From sequence record PV764603.1: a stretch of DNA of 64,000 bases; one strand, given 5' to 3'. Position 1 is the first letter of the stretch. Every line of letters starts with the position of its first letter. Below the pieces are notes generated by a model that had not been told where the DNA came from, ran no database searches, and saw only the letters and a list, made by a program, of their open reading frames with translations. The translations under genes and the position numbers were made by a program. This document shows, one piece after another, positions 45,965-54,981 of the stretch.

Positions 45965-46569
45965 TCCTCTTTGAACTTTCGGTGGTGGAGGCTGCGAGTT
46001 ACCTCAACATGAAGCGACGGTCCGCGCTCTCCCTTTTCATGCAACACGAACGACTCTGCAATCAGATCGAAGTTGCCGATCATATACATTTCGCGCTCGT
46101 AGATTTGCAGGCACTTGCTCTTGGCTTTGGTTTCGCTGTAGAGCGTGAAGTCCGGCACCTTGTAGTTGAATGCAGGCACCAGCACGGATGGGCGCTCCTT
46201 GACTGGCAGCATCGACCACGCGAGCATGGTGTGCTTGTGTAGTTCCCGATGATGGCGGTGGCCATACTCACCGTTCGGGTTGTGCGTTACGAGGTAGTTG
46301 TACCCATTGTGCAACTGCTGATAGATGTTCTCCACCAGCAGCGCAGTGTCCTCGGTCAGCGTGCCTTGGTAATCGTCGTCCAACGCAAGCTGGATACCCC
46401 TCGATTTCAACACCTTACAGGCGGCAAGGAATTCCTTGCCGCGTGCAGTGCGATGACCGTAAGTGGCACATAGATCGTGCCACTCGATATGAGGCGTGGC
46501 CTGCCGGATGTTGTGGCCGAAAATGAAACTGTCATCCGGGTGGGCCATTACAATCAGTGCTTTCATCAC
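45961..46569 (-). CDS. PIG-L/LmbE-family deacetylase
   Basis: VMAHPDD, VTHNPNGEYGHRHH. Confidence 0.8.
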   Translation of the reverse strand: MMKALIVMAHPDDSFIFGHNIRQATPHIEWHDLCATYGHRTARGKEFLAACKVLKSRGIQLALDDDYQGTLTEDTALLVENIYQQLHNGYNYLVTHNPNGEYGHRHHRELHKHTMLAWSMLPVKERPSVLVPAFNYKVPDFTLYSETKAKSKCLQIYEREMYMIGNFDLIAESFVLHEKGERGPSLHVEVTRSLHHRKFKED

Positions 46570-48089
46570 AGTCCTACTAGCGGCGCGTCCTGCATATACT
46601 TTACAGGATCGTCCTTACCAATCATGGCAAACGCGGTTCGCCTCAGCTGGCATGGCCCACAGTTTCCGCAATGAAGCTCACCGCCGTGGTAGCAACTCCA
46701 GCTAAGGTGAATTGGCGCTTCCAGCATCAGACCCGTCTGTGCCACCTCATGCTTCATCAGCTTGTCCAGAGGGTTGACCAACTTCGGAGCGGCCTTGGAG
46801 CCAATGGCGATTGCCTTCTCCATCAGGTCGAAGAATTCCTTTTCATTGTCCCCGAAAGCACCTGCTTCTTCAAGATTGGCGCCGGTGTAGATTGCACCGA
46901 AGCTCCACCGATCAGCATACGCTGCCATCATGGCGACCATCAGGCCATTACGGAACGGCACCCATTCATTCGCGTACTCGATGCCGTCCTTGCCGGTTGC
47001 CACTTCCATCGTGTCGTCCACCAGCGGGTTGCCACCCAGCTGCTTGAGGAAGTCGAGGTCGAAGAACTTGAGGGTGATCGTCTTCCGAGGATGACGCTCA
47101 ACCAGTGCAGCATGAATAGCCGTCACTGCCTCCGTCTCGCGCGTCTGTGCCCGGCAACCATAATGGAAGTGAGCGAGCACGATGTTGGTGTGATCCCGGC
47201 ATGCGATTTCTGCACTAACCGTGCTGTCCATACCACCGGACAGGATCACGATGGCGCTCTCAGGGTTGCCGCCGTTCGGGTCCTTGTCGAAGCGAGTGGT
47301 TGCCGCCTTGCCTACGAAGAAAGAGTTCCGGTCGATGTGGCCGTTGAACTTCCAAGTCGAGTTGGCGGCGATTGGGTAATCGGTATACATGCCGTCACGA
47401 AACAGTGCACGCGTAATGGCCTGCCGCTCACTGGCGAATACTACCGCAGCGCCGTTTTCATGGAAGCCAAAGCTAGGGCACACAGCGGAGAGGGGCCGAT
47501 AGTTGCGGGCGAGCCACAGCGTATCAGTCTCCACGTCGTAGACCGCTGACGCAACAGAACCGATCAGGCTTTCAAACTCACCACGCTCAATCGCGTAGGG
47601 AATCGCAGCGCTATCCACCTTGGTGCGGGAATGTTCCGGGATGAATTGCGCATCGTTGGCGATGACGCCGTTATGCACAGCGAAATAGCGTTCAGAGGGC
47701 CAGTTGGCGTAGGGCTGAATGTCATCCTCGCGCTGGTCCTGTAGCCATTCAGTAGTCGGCTCGGCTCGGCAGTTTGCGATCAGGGTGAAACTTCTCACCT
47801 CGTTCGGAGTCATGGCGTCGAGGTTGCGCATCATGATCTGCACCTGACTGATTACAGCCAGTGCACGTGCATTGAGGTCAGGATGAGTATCCCGAATCGA
47901 ACGGAAAGACTGACGCTGGAACACGCGATGCGTGGTGCCATCAAGCGACGTGATGAAGGCAGCGTAGCCCATTGCATCACGGCCACGCTCGCAACTTTCA
48001 ACAGCCAGCGTCATCAGTGCGTTGAAGACGACGCGCTTCTGCTGTGCGTCAGACCAACGCAGGTTATGGACACCGAAAATGGAACACAT
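46566..48089 (-). CDS. queC: class II glutamine amidotransferase-QueC fusion (GAT-QueC)
   Basis: N-terminal MCSIFG, ERGRD, NCRAEP, HNGVI, DS; then ILSGGMDST, VPFRN, SWSCY...HCGNCGPCQLR. Confidence 0.92.
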   Translation of the reverse strand: MCSIFGVHNLRWSDAQQKRVVFNALMTLAVESCERGRDAMGYAAFITSLDGTTHRVFQRQSFRSIRDTHPDLNARALAVISQVQIMMRNLDAMTPNEVRSFTLIANCRAEPTTEWLQDQREDDIQPYANWPSERYFAVHNGVIANDAQFIPEHSRTKVDSAAIPYAIERGEFESLIGSVASAVYDVETDTLWLARNYRPLSAVCPSFGFHENGAAVVFASERQAITRALFRDGMYTDYPIAANSTWKFNGHIDRNSFFVGKAATTRFDKDPNGGNPESAIVILSGGMDSTVSAEIACRDHTNIVLAHFHYGCRAQTRETEAVTAIHAALVERHPRKTITLKFFDLDFLKQLGGNPLVDDTMEVATGKDGIEYANEWVPFRNGLMVAMMAAYADRWSFGAIYTGANLEEAGAFGDNEKEFFDLMEKAIAIGSKAAPKLVNPLDKLMKHEVAQTGLMLEAPIHLSWSCYHGGELHCGNCGPCQLRRTAFAMIGKDDPVKYMQDAPLVGL

Positions 48090-48094
48090 GTGGG

Positions 48095-48889
48095 TTACTC
48101 CGTGGGGTCGAGCAAGACCGGAACCTTGCGCTCAAAAGGAATGGGCTTCCACGTCTTCTTGTAGTCGAAGACGGCGAGGCCGAGGTTGAGATACAGCACG
48201 TTCGCCTTGTAGCACAGGCGCAGGGCTTGCAGGAGCATTACGTTCCCGATGGTGTACTCCTTGGCGTATTGGTCACGCAGGAGCAACGTGTTGACCCAGT
48301 GATACTCATCGTTCTCTGGGCACATTTGGAACATGCCAATGCCGCATGGGGTGAACTTGCCATCCTCGCTAGGACGGAAAACCAGCACCACGTCACTGTT
48401 GGGAATCAGCGACCATGCAGCGATGTACTCAAGGTATGCCACCGCCGTTTCTGTCGCACCTTCAAACGTCATGCCCGGATTGAAGTGTTGCAGGTTCGAG
48501 ACGATGATGTGGATGAGTCCAGCCTTGAACTGGTCAAACTCTCCACCACGCGCGGGATGGAACATGAGGTGGGCCGTGTTCTTCCAGCTGCGCTTCAACT
48601 GCGACAGCGATTGCAGGTGCGCCTCAAAGCTGGGACGGCTTGCAATAACACGAACCTCTGGACGCATCGTGTGCGCCAGATTGTCCGACAAGTTCAGAAC
48701 CTCATCGTAGAAGGCAGGGAACTCAGTGTCGCCCATAGGAACAAGGATGGCCCCTGCGTCCTCGGTATGGACCTCCTCAACGGTAAAGCCATTCGGTGCA
48801 GCGACCGGCTTGAAGGGTAGGCCCTTATTGCGCGCCAGAACCTCGCGGTATACACGGTACTTCTCGAAGGCTGCGCGAACGTTACTCAT
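48095..48889 (-). CDS. GNAT-fold transferase (Acetyltransf_6/Fem-like)
   Basis: SFEAHLQSLS...; IGNVMLLQAL...YLNLGLAVFDYKKTW. Confidence 0.65.
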   Translation of the reverse strand: MSNVRAAFEKYRVYREVLARNKGLPFKPVAAPNGFTVEEVHTEDAGAILVPMGDTEFPAFYDEVLNLSDNLAHTMRPEVRVIASRPSFEAHLQSLSQLKRSWKNTAHLMFHPARGGEFDQFKAGLIHIIVSNLQHFNPGMTFEGATETAVAYLEYIAAWSLIPNSDVVLVFRPSEDGKFTPCGIGMFQMCPENDEYHWVNTLLLRDQYAKEYTIGNVMLLQALRLCYKANVLYLNLGLAVFDYKKTWKPIPFERKVPVLLDPTE

Positions 48890-49925
48890 AAACCCATGCT
48901 CCTGCTTGGTAGTAGGGAGGCCACATTTTCTCTTTGGGGGTGGCCGAACAGATTGCGATACCTGCATACGTCATCGTGTCATTACACACGGGACGCTTGT
49001 ACTGACTGTAGGTGTGCCCTTCCACAAAGTCAGCAGCCAATGTGGTATCAATGATGGCGGTCCCCGTCTCCGGCCGCTGTAGGTAATACTGCACAGCATG
49101 CGCCAGCACCGCAGTACCCAACCCATTCGGAGCATCGTAGGTCGAGTCCTTGAAGAAGCCAACGAAGACGCGACGATTGACGCGCTTCACGAACGTACCG
49201 ACTGCCACAAGGCGCAAGCCATCGTAAACCTTGATGGTATCGCACCCTGAACCAGCAGCCACCGACATTGCCAGCGGTAACAGCGAACCTTCCACTACCA
49301 GCGGATGCCACGTCGAGCACGTCTCCGCTGTCTGCGCACTCCAATGTTCCTGCATCCACTCGGCGATGACTGGAATCTCATAGTCGAACAAGGGCTCGAC
49401 CTCAAACGTGAGGTGCTCGGATACGCGCAGCTTCTGCCGTACTTGTGCCCTACGCTTAGTGGACAGGGACGTGAGATATTCATCCCACGTCATGACTCCG
49501 GCGCGATCACGATACCCGAGATACACCACGTCTGACTTGAGCGAGTAGATTTCCCGGGGGAAGTCTTCGCCGTATCTATGTGGGCAGTCAAGGGCAGGAG
49601 GTGCGACAACTGCATTATCCTGCTCAAAGGTTGGGATGGATTGAGACAGGTCGATCAAGGTGTTCTTGATTTGATCGACCGTACCTAACATGAAGCCGGT
49701 TGCCATCCCCATGTTGGTGAACCCTGCGTACAGGGTTCCGTCCGGGTAAGACTCAACAGCGATTGAGCCGTCCGTGCTCACGTACAGCGGCTTGTCCGCA
49801 TAGGAAGGTGCAAGCTTTCTGCGGAGCTTTACCCACTGTGCTTGCACGTCCTTATCTAGCTCAGGGTAGATCGAATTTGAACATCCGAAACGTTCAATGT
49901 AATGCTCGGCAGTCATTACGTGCAT
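48882..49925 (-). CDS. GNAT-fold transferase (Acetyltransf_6/Fem-like)
   Basis: TWDEYLTSLSTKRRAQVRQK; GLGTAVLAHAV; YSQYKR. Confidence 0.7.
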   Translation of the reverse strand: MHVMTAEHYIERFGCSNSIYPELDKDVQAQWVKLRRKLAPSYADKPLYVSTDGSIAVESYPDGTLYAGFTNMGMATGFMLGTVDQIKNTLIDLSQSIPTFEQDNAVVAPPALDCPHRYGEDFPREIYSLKSDVVYLGYRDRAGVMTWDEYLTSLSTKRRAQVRQKLRVSEHLTFEVEPLFDYEIPVIAEWMQEHWSAQTAETCSTWHPLVVEGSLLPLAMSVAAGSGCDTIKVYDGLRLVAVGTFVKRVNRRVFVGFFKDSTYDAPNGLGTAVLAHAVQYYLQRPETGTAIIDTTLAADFVEGHTYSQYKRPVCNDTMTYAGIAICSATPKEKMWPPYYQAGAWVYE

Positions 49926-49927
49926 GG

Positions 49928-50803
49928 TTATTCCTTTGCGGTGTTATTTAGCAGTGCATGGCGCAGCTTGAGAATACTTTCGGGGTGAGTCAGGTCGCGG
50001 TCAGTACGCGCATGGAACAGGGAGCCTCTGAACGTGCTGTAGCTGACGCCGTATTCCACTGCCGTAACCTGTGCGCCCTTGACGTAAGACACCACCGCAG
50101 TGTGGAAGGTACGCGAGAAGTAGTCTCGGATGTTCCACATTTGCTTATAGGTGTCATCCCACACAGAGTAATGCTGGTCCGGTAGCAGATTACTCAGGTC
50201 TTCCGGCACGATACCAGCAGCGCCGTCGAGGATCAGCAGATACCACTTGTCACGAATACCGAGTTGGGTCAGGAGGTTCTGAGTCAACTCGATGATTTCA
50301 GGATTATTTGGAACAACCAGCACGTGCGGTCGCGTGGGAGCGTACAGTTCCCTAGCAGCTTCGATACCGATGACCTTGGCACGACGCTCTGCCATCACAG
50401 GGTTAGACACGAAATCGTGCTCGGGCTCGGCGAACTCGTAGCCCCTGCGCGACTGCGGGATGGGCGTTTCCGAATCCAGCAGACGCAGCACGATGGAGGT
50501 TTCAGGGCGGATGGCACACATGGCTTCCAACACAACTTCGGTCATGTTGCGGCCGTAGTCTGCTGCCTGCCATGCAGGACCAACAATCTCATCGCCTTGC
50601 AGTTCGACCGTGGTGCTGCCGATAGCGAAGCGCAGGTAGGTCAGCAGTGGAGCCCACGAACTCGGCACACCTTGCAGCGTGTAGTTGCCGTCCAGCGATG
50701 CCAGATAGGACAGCGCGTTGACCAGTTCAGGCAGGCTCTTGGAATTCGGACTCAGTTGCGAGGATGCGTCGTTCTCAGTTTGGGAATGAATCTCAATCTT
50801 CAT
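49928..50803 (-). CDS. hypothetical protein (291 aa) within the modification cluster
   Basis: coupled ORF; family not recognised. Confidence 0.7.
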   Translation of the reverse strand: MKIEIHSQTENDASSQLSPNSKSLPELVNALSYLASLDGNYTLQGVPSSWAPLLTYLRFAIGSTTVELQGDEIVGPAWQAADYGRNMTEVVLEAMCAIRPETSIVLRLLDSETPIPQSRRGYEFAEPEHDFVSNPVMAERRAKVIGIEAARELYAPTRPHVLVVPNNPEIIELTQNLLTQLGIRDKWYLLILDGAAGIVPEDLSNLLPDQHYSVWDDTYKQMWNIRDYFSRTFHTAVVSYVKGAQVTAVEYGVSYSTFRGSLFHARTDRDLTHPESILKLRHALLNNTAKE

Positions 50804-52430
50804 GCTTCAACCTCTTGTAGTAGTAGAATGCGTCCGTGCTATCAAGGTCATTACCAAACGAATCTGTCTTGTCATCGTAGTAGCCTACGACAGGCAGGCT
50901 CTGCTCAAACCCGAGGGCACGATACAGGCGCTTGGCAGGGTCGTTGGTAACCGAAGTGTGCAGGGCAACGCCGTCAAATTCATTCGACAGCAGCGCGAAC
51001 GCCTTTTGCATCATCTGCCTACCGACACCGTGGCCACGCATCTGCTCAGTGACGTACACAAGGTCGATATAGGCGTTCGGATTAAATTGGTTGAAAACAA
51101 TGTAGCCGATGGGGTTCCGATACCGCCACCTTGCGACAAGAATCCGAACACTTCCGCCCTCACGTGCCGTCATCAGGATGTGCGACAGCTGATTGATCGT
51201 CTCAAGATCGAAGGTGTTGAGGTCGTCTTCCCCGAACAGTTCAGAAGTCAGCTTGAGGAACTCAGCCAGCTTGATCTCCGACACGTCGATCTGATCGTTC
51301 CACTTGCTGTCCAGCTTCTTCAACTCCCATCCCTTACCACGGATGTATACCGGAGGTTCAAAGCCGTACTCAGCGCAGTAGTTGCCTGCGCAGAAATCCG
51401 AATCCACCACAGCGTAGTCGAGGGGAACGATGGGCAGTTCAAAGCCTACCGGAATGAACTTTTCCTTGTAGGTACCTTCGGTGTCTAGGTGGTAATACTT
51501 TACGTCGAGCGGCAGTTCTTCCGCAATGAATCGGATCGCCTCGTAGATGGCGAGGAAGCCGATGCGACGCTTCTTGTACTCTTCGTAGCTCACACCCGGC
51601 ACGGCCAGCTTGTCCACGTACACAGCGCCACGCACTTCACCGATGTTGGTGCAGATGAGGCGGTTGTCCGCGTCGTAGATATTGAGGACCAACGCATTAC
51701 GGTCCTCAAGGTTATGCAGCATGTTGTTGATGTGGATGATGTTGGTGACGTTATCATCCGAGGTGTAGGTCCACCGCTCAAGGTTGGCGGTGTAGTTCTT
51801 GTGGAAGTCAGCAGACTTCATCACGTCGCGCAGGCTAACCTGCTCCACCCGAACGCCTTCGTTCAGGCGCATCACAGCACGATAGTTCTCCCGGTTCTTC
51901 TTCGACAGGGAGGCAACGTAGCTTTCCATCGATTCGGGGATGTAGAGGCCATAGGACTTGTCATCCTGATAGCCATACTCACGCGGGTAGATCGGGAAGT
52001 AGTTGACGATCATGCAGGGCGGCAGCTGCTCAAACACGTCATCCAGAAATTCTGGCAGCGCCGGTGGGACGCTGACTTCAAAGTAGCTCGCACCAAACAG
52101 GTCAAACTTGGCTTGCTTGAGGGGATCACGGGTGTTCCACAGATCGTGCAGGATCGTATGGCCTACCATCTGCCCGGTGTTCAGGTCATACACATTCGTA
52201 ATCACCAGCACGCTTTGATGCACAAAGTTTGCCAGCAGTACCGAAATGTATTCGTCGTAGGTGGGCAGCAAGTCACCAAAGATGCCCACACCATCAAGTG
52301 CTTTGACCCGATGCAGGTACTGCTCAAACTTTGCCTTCGGGATGAGCTTCACAACGTCAGCGGTGGGTGCGACAACATGCTGCTCGCCGAACACCCGATC
52401 AGTGCGAAACTCGCGCAGTCCGTAATTCAT
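50793..52430 (-). CDS. double-GNAT protein (Acetyltransf_6-like plus C-terminal RimI-like domain)
   Basis: SMESYVASLSKKNRENYR; C-terminal VYVTEQMRGHGVG and NDPAKRLYRALGF. Confidence 0.8.
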   Translation of the reverse strand: MNYGLREFRTDRVFGEQHVVAPTADVVKLIPKAKFEQYLHRVKALDGVGIFGDLLPTYDEYISVLLANFVHQSVLVITNVYDLNTGQMVGHTILHDLWNTRDPLKQAKFDLFGASYFEVSVPPALPEFLDDVFEQLPPCMIVNYFPIYPREYGYQDDKSYGLYIPESMESYVASLSKKNRENYRAVMRLNEGVRVEQVSLRDVMKSADFHKNYTANLERWTYTSDDNVTNIIHINNMLHNLEDRNALVLNIYDADNRLICTNIGEVRGAVYVDKLAVPGVSYEEYKKRRIGFLAIYEAIRFIAEELPLDVKYYHLDTEGTYKEKFIPVGFELPIVPLDYAVVDSDFCAGNYCAEYGFEPPVYIRGKGWELKKLDSKWNDQIDVSEIKLAEFLKLTSELFGEDDLNTFDLETINQLSHILMTAREGGSVRILVARWRYRNPIGYIVFNQFNPNAYIDLVYVTEQMRGHGVGRQMMQKAFALLSNEFDGVALHTSVTNDPAKRLYRALGFEQSLPVVGYYDDKTDSFGNDLDSTDAFYYYKRLKHED

Positions 52431-53260
52431 TTCTTCGTTCTCAGGTAACGTGCATGGTTGAATACTTGCGTGGCGTCAAGGGCCTGAATGCCATCAAACA
52501 AAGGGAGGTTGAACCCAGAGGCATTCGCAGCGGCGTCCTTCTTGATGCGCTCAACCCAATCGCGGAAGTGCAGGCCATCCATATCCATAGCGCCAAGGGC
52601 ACCGAGGTGTGGGGCAAACGTTTCCATATCGACAAGGCGCTTACCAGCCTGACCGGCCCACAAGTCCAGCGCAACCATTGCAGCCTTGGATGCATTCGGG
52701 GTCAGGGAGAACATGCTGTCTACGCTAATGTAAGTGGGGAAGTTTAGGCCGAACAGGCCACCTACGATTTCGCCTTCTGCGTTGAGCACTGTGACCGAGT
52801 ACGCTTTACGTTCTTTACCATAGTGGAGTGCCTTGTATGCACGCTGGGTAGGAGTGTCGAGCCATTGCGTGTATTCGTCTGCATCTTCTTCCTTGTCTTC
52901 CGGGCGCTCAATCGTAGCGCAGTGGTGGATCACCTTGTCGAAGCCGACGTTCAGTTGGTAGCCCCAACCCTGCTTGCGAATGAACTGCTCGGTAGTCTTG
53001 GAAACGTGCAGGCCACCAACAGGCAGCACGGCGCGGCGACCGCTGACTTCCCAAATCCATTCGGGTTCGTCCTCCGTGCCAACGAACCCCATAGGGTGCG
53101 CCTGTGCCCTGTCGGCCAAACCGTACAGAAGGTGCGGCGTCATTTCTACTGTCCAGCAGTAGTCGTCATCATCCAGCGGGAAGTGCTCCGCATTGATGTG
53201 GCGAACGTCGTTCAAGTCGTACAGCTTGAACGGAATCTTAGTATCGCTCGAAGTGTCCAT
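52427..53260 (-). CDS. aat: leucyl/phenylalanyl-tRNA-protein transferase
   Basis: RRAVLP..LHVSKT, FDKVIHHCA, IVGGLFG, DSMFS...NASKAAM, HLGALGA. Confidence 0.85.
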   Translation of the reverse strand: MDTSSDTKIPFKLYDLNDVRHINAEHFPLDDDDYCWTVEMTPHLLYGLADRAQAHPMGFVGTEDEPEWIWEVSGRRAVLPVGGLHVSKTTEQFIRKQGWGYQLNVGFDKVIHHCATIERPEDKEEDADEYTQWLDTPTQRAYKALHYGKERKAYSVTVLNAEGEIVGGLFGLNFPTYISVDSMFSLTPNASKAAMVALDLWAGQAGKRLVDMETFAPHLGALGAMDMDGLHFRDWVERIKKDAAANASGFNLPLFDGIQALDATQVFNHARYLRTKK

Positions 53261-53960
53261 TCAGTTCATTTCCATAGAATTCAGTGAGGGTCATACCGAG
53301 GTGTGCAGTTTCGTCAACGGTGTCTGTTTCGATGGAAGCAGAGTCCCAAGGCGTGCGCTGAATGAAACTGTTCAGGTGCTTGCAGAGAGCATCGAATGCT
53401 TCCCGATTCGTGATGAACCGCTTGGCGTGGTCGTCACCTTCGCGCCCGGCGTTCTGAATGACCATGACAGGCTCGCCCTTGAACCACACGGAAGCCAGCC
53501 TCCAGAAGCGGCGCGGATCGAAGAAGAATTCCTTGATGACGCGCACTTCAATCTCGGTGTCTTTGTGAAGCGCCTCCATATCGAAGTCGCTGAGTTCTAC
53601 GTCTAGGCCACCCTTTAGATGGTTGAAGTAGAAGCCACGCAGAGCGTAAATGGCCGGCTCAACCTTATCGAAGTTTTCGATGGCGTAGATTTCCTCGCAG
53701 GTAAAGGGAACCTTGGCAGCCTCGGCCCTAGCCAGCTGATCTGCCTTGTACTCATTGATGGCGTCTACAAGTTGATTGACCTCACGGTCTCCCTGTGCAC
53801 CGCCGTCCACCTCCTCCATCTTGATTTCCACACCGATACTTTTCAGCATGGGCTCAATCTTTACGAGGGCCTGCATGTAGTGCATCGGTCCGAGGCCAGC
53901 CTCAATAGCTGCATAGACTAGGTGGGCAGGCTTGAACACAATCACAGTTTGTTCCGACAT
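53238..53960 (-). CDS. hypothetical protein (240 aa)
   Basis: AAGGAG RBS. Confidence 0.75.
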   Translation of the reverse strand: MSEQTVIVFKPAHLVYAAIEAGLGPMHYMQALVKIEPMLKSIGVEIKMEEVDGGAQGDREVNQLVDAINEYKADQLARAEAAKVPFTCEEIYAIENFDKVEPAIYALRGFYFNHLKGGLDVELSDFDMEALHKDTEIEVRVIKEFFFDPRRFWRLASVWFKGEPVMVIQNAGREGDDHAKRFITNREAFDALCKHLNSFIQRTPWDSASIETDTVDETAHLGMTLTEFYGNELNGHFERY

Positions 53961-53986
53961 TGGAATCTCCTTGAGGATACAGTCTA

Positions 53987-53995
53987 TATTTACAG
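53987..53995 (-). promoter_or_regulatory. CTGTAAATA promoter-like motif heading the 53.9-44 kb operon
   Basis: lies between the terminator at 54006 and the start at 53960. Confidence 0.6.
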
Positions 53996-54005
53996 GATCG
54001 GGAAA

Positions 54006-54038
54006 CGCAAAAGGGGCAGCCGTTAGGCCACCCCTTTC
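54006..54038 (-). terminator. intrinsic terminator
   Basis: AAGGGGTGGCC-TAAC-GGCTGCCCCTT-TTG. Confidence 0.8.
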
Positions 54039-54046
54039 GTGTGTTC

Positions 54047-54322
54047 TCAGGAACGACCCGCGAACACAAGGCGTCGGCCCGAACCCTTGGGGCGCAGGTT
54101 GCCTTCCAATTCGCGGAAGAGCTTGCGCTCCCCGTTCTTGTTGGATTCAATGCTTGCGGTCGTGCCCTTGGCCGACAGTTCCAGCGCCACCACTTTTCCG
54201 CTCCGGGTGGAAATCATCGACTCTGCGCCTTCCTCCCAGCCCTCACGAAGACACGCAGGCACCGGGGTCGTAATCACTTCAACCTCGTCACCCAACTTGA
54301 ACTTGAACGGATACAGATTCAC
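54047..54322 (-). CDS. hypothetical protein (91 aa), possible SH3/KOW-like
   Basis: FKLGDEVEV motif. Confidence 0.55.
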   Translation of the reverse strand: MNLYPFKFKLGDEVEVITTPVPACLREGWEEGAESMISTRSGKVVALELSAKGTTASIESNKNGERKLFRELEGNLRPKGSGRRLVFAGRS

Positions 54323-54332
54323 GCTTACTCCT

Positions 54333-54941
54333 TTAGTGTAGATGCTTCTTGCTTGTGGTGTTACCGTCTAGCTTGAATAGGCGGCGTAGAACAGGGCCAT
54401 CCAGAATGAATGGGTCAAAGTATTCTGGATCAATCTCGTCCATGTCTTCCTGCGTCATGCCCATTAGCGCAGCATACTCTTCTCGGGTAGGCTCGATGAT
54501 GGAATCAACGTAGGTAAACAGGTGGTGCGGATGAGTGTCGTCCCCGACCAGCGTTACCAAGCCAGCGGCCTGACTGATACAACTCTCGGGGCCGTAGTGG
54601 AGGGAATGCAGCTTGCGAATCTCTTCCAGCATTTCGTCGCGCTCATGGCCAGTGCGTGCAGCCAGCTGATTTCGAGTGACGATATACATGGGGTCTTCGG
54701 AGCCACGGTCGATCTTGAACATGACCAACACATTGATCCGCTGTATTCCGGTTGCTACGATTTGCGCCTTGTTGTTGGAGAGACGCAAGGTGTAGTCATG
54801 GCCACACACAGGGCAACTCCATTCCATGATTCCGTTTGCAGGGATCGGAGAACAATCCACTGTAGCCTTCTCACAGTTGAGGCACGTTGCTTCAACCCCG
54901 TTAAATACTTTCTTGGTCGAGGTAGGGGACGACACAAACAC
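54333..54941 (-). CDS. Zn-ribbon-containing hypothetical protein
   Basis: CLNC...CPVCG. Confidence 0.65.
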   Translation of the reverse strand: MFVSSPTSTKKVFNGVEATCLNCEKATVDCSPIPANGIMEWSCPVCGHDYTLRLSNNKAQIVATGIQRINVLVMFKIDRGSEDPMYIVTRNQLAARTGHERDEMLEEIRKLHSLHYGPESCISQAAGLVTLVGDDTHPHHLFTYVDSIIEPTREEYAALMGMTQEDMDEIDPEYFDPFILDGPVLRRLFKLDGNTTSKKHLH

Positions 54942-54981
54942 TCCGAATGGTGAGGGCGCATTGCTGCGCCCTATGGGTTAC

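Noticed and set aside
46566-48089. Captured host defence system (QatABCD or type IV CBASS)
   Set aside because: No KAP ATPase, TatD, CD-NTase or TGT neighbours; the GAT fusion and phage promoter context differ
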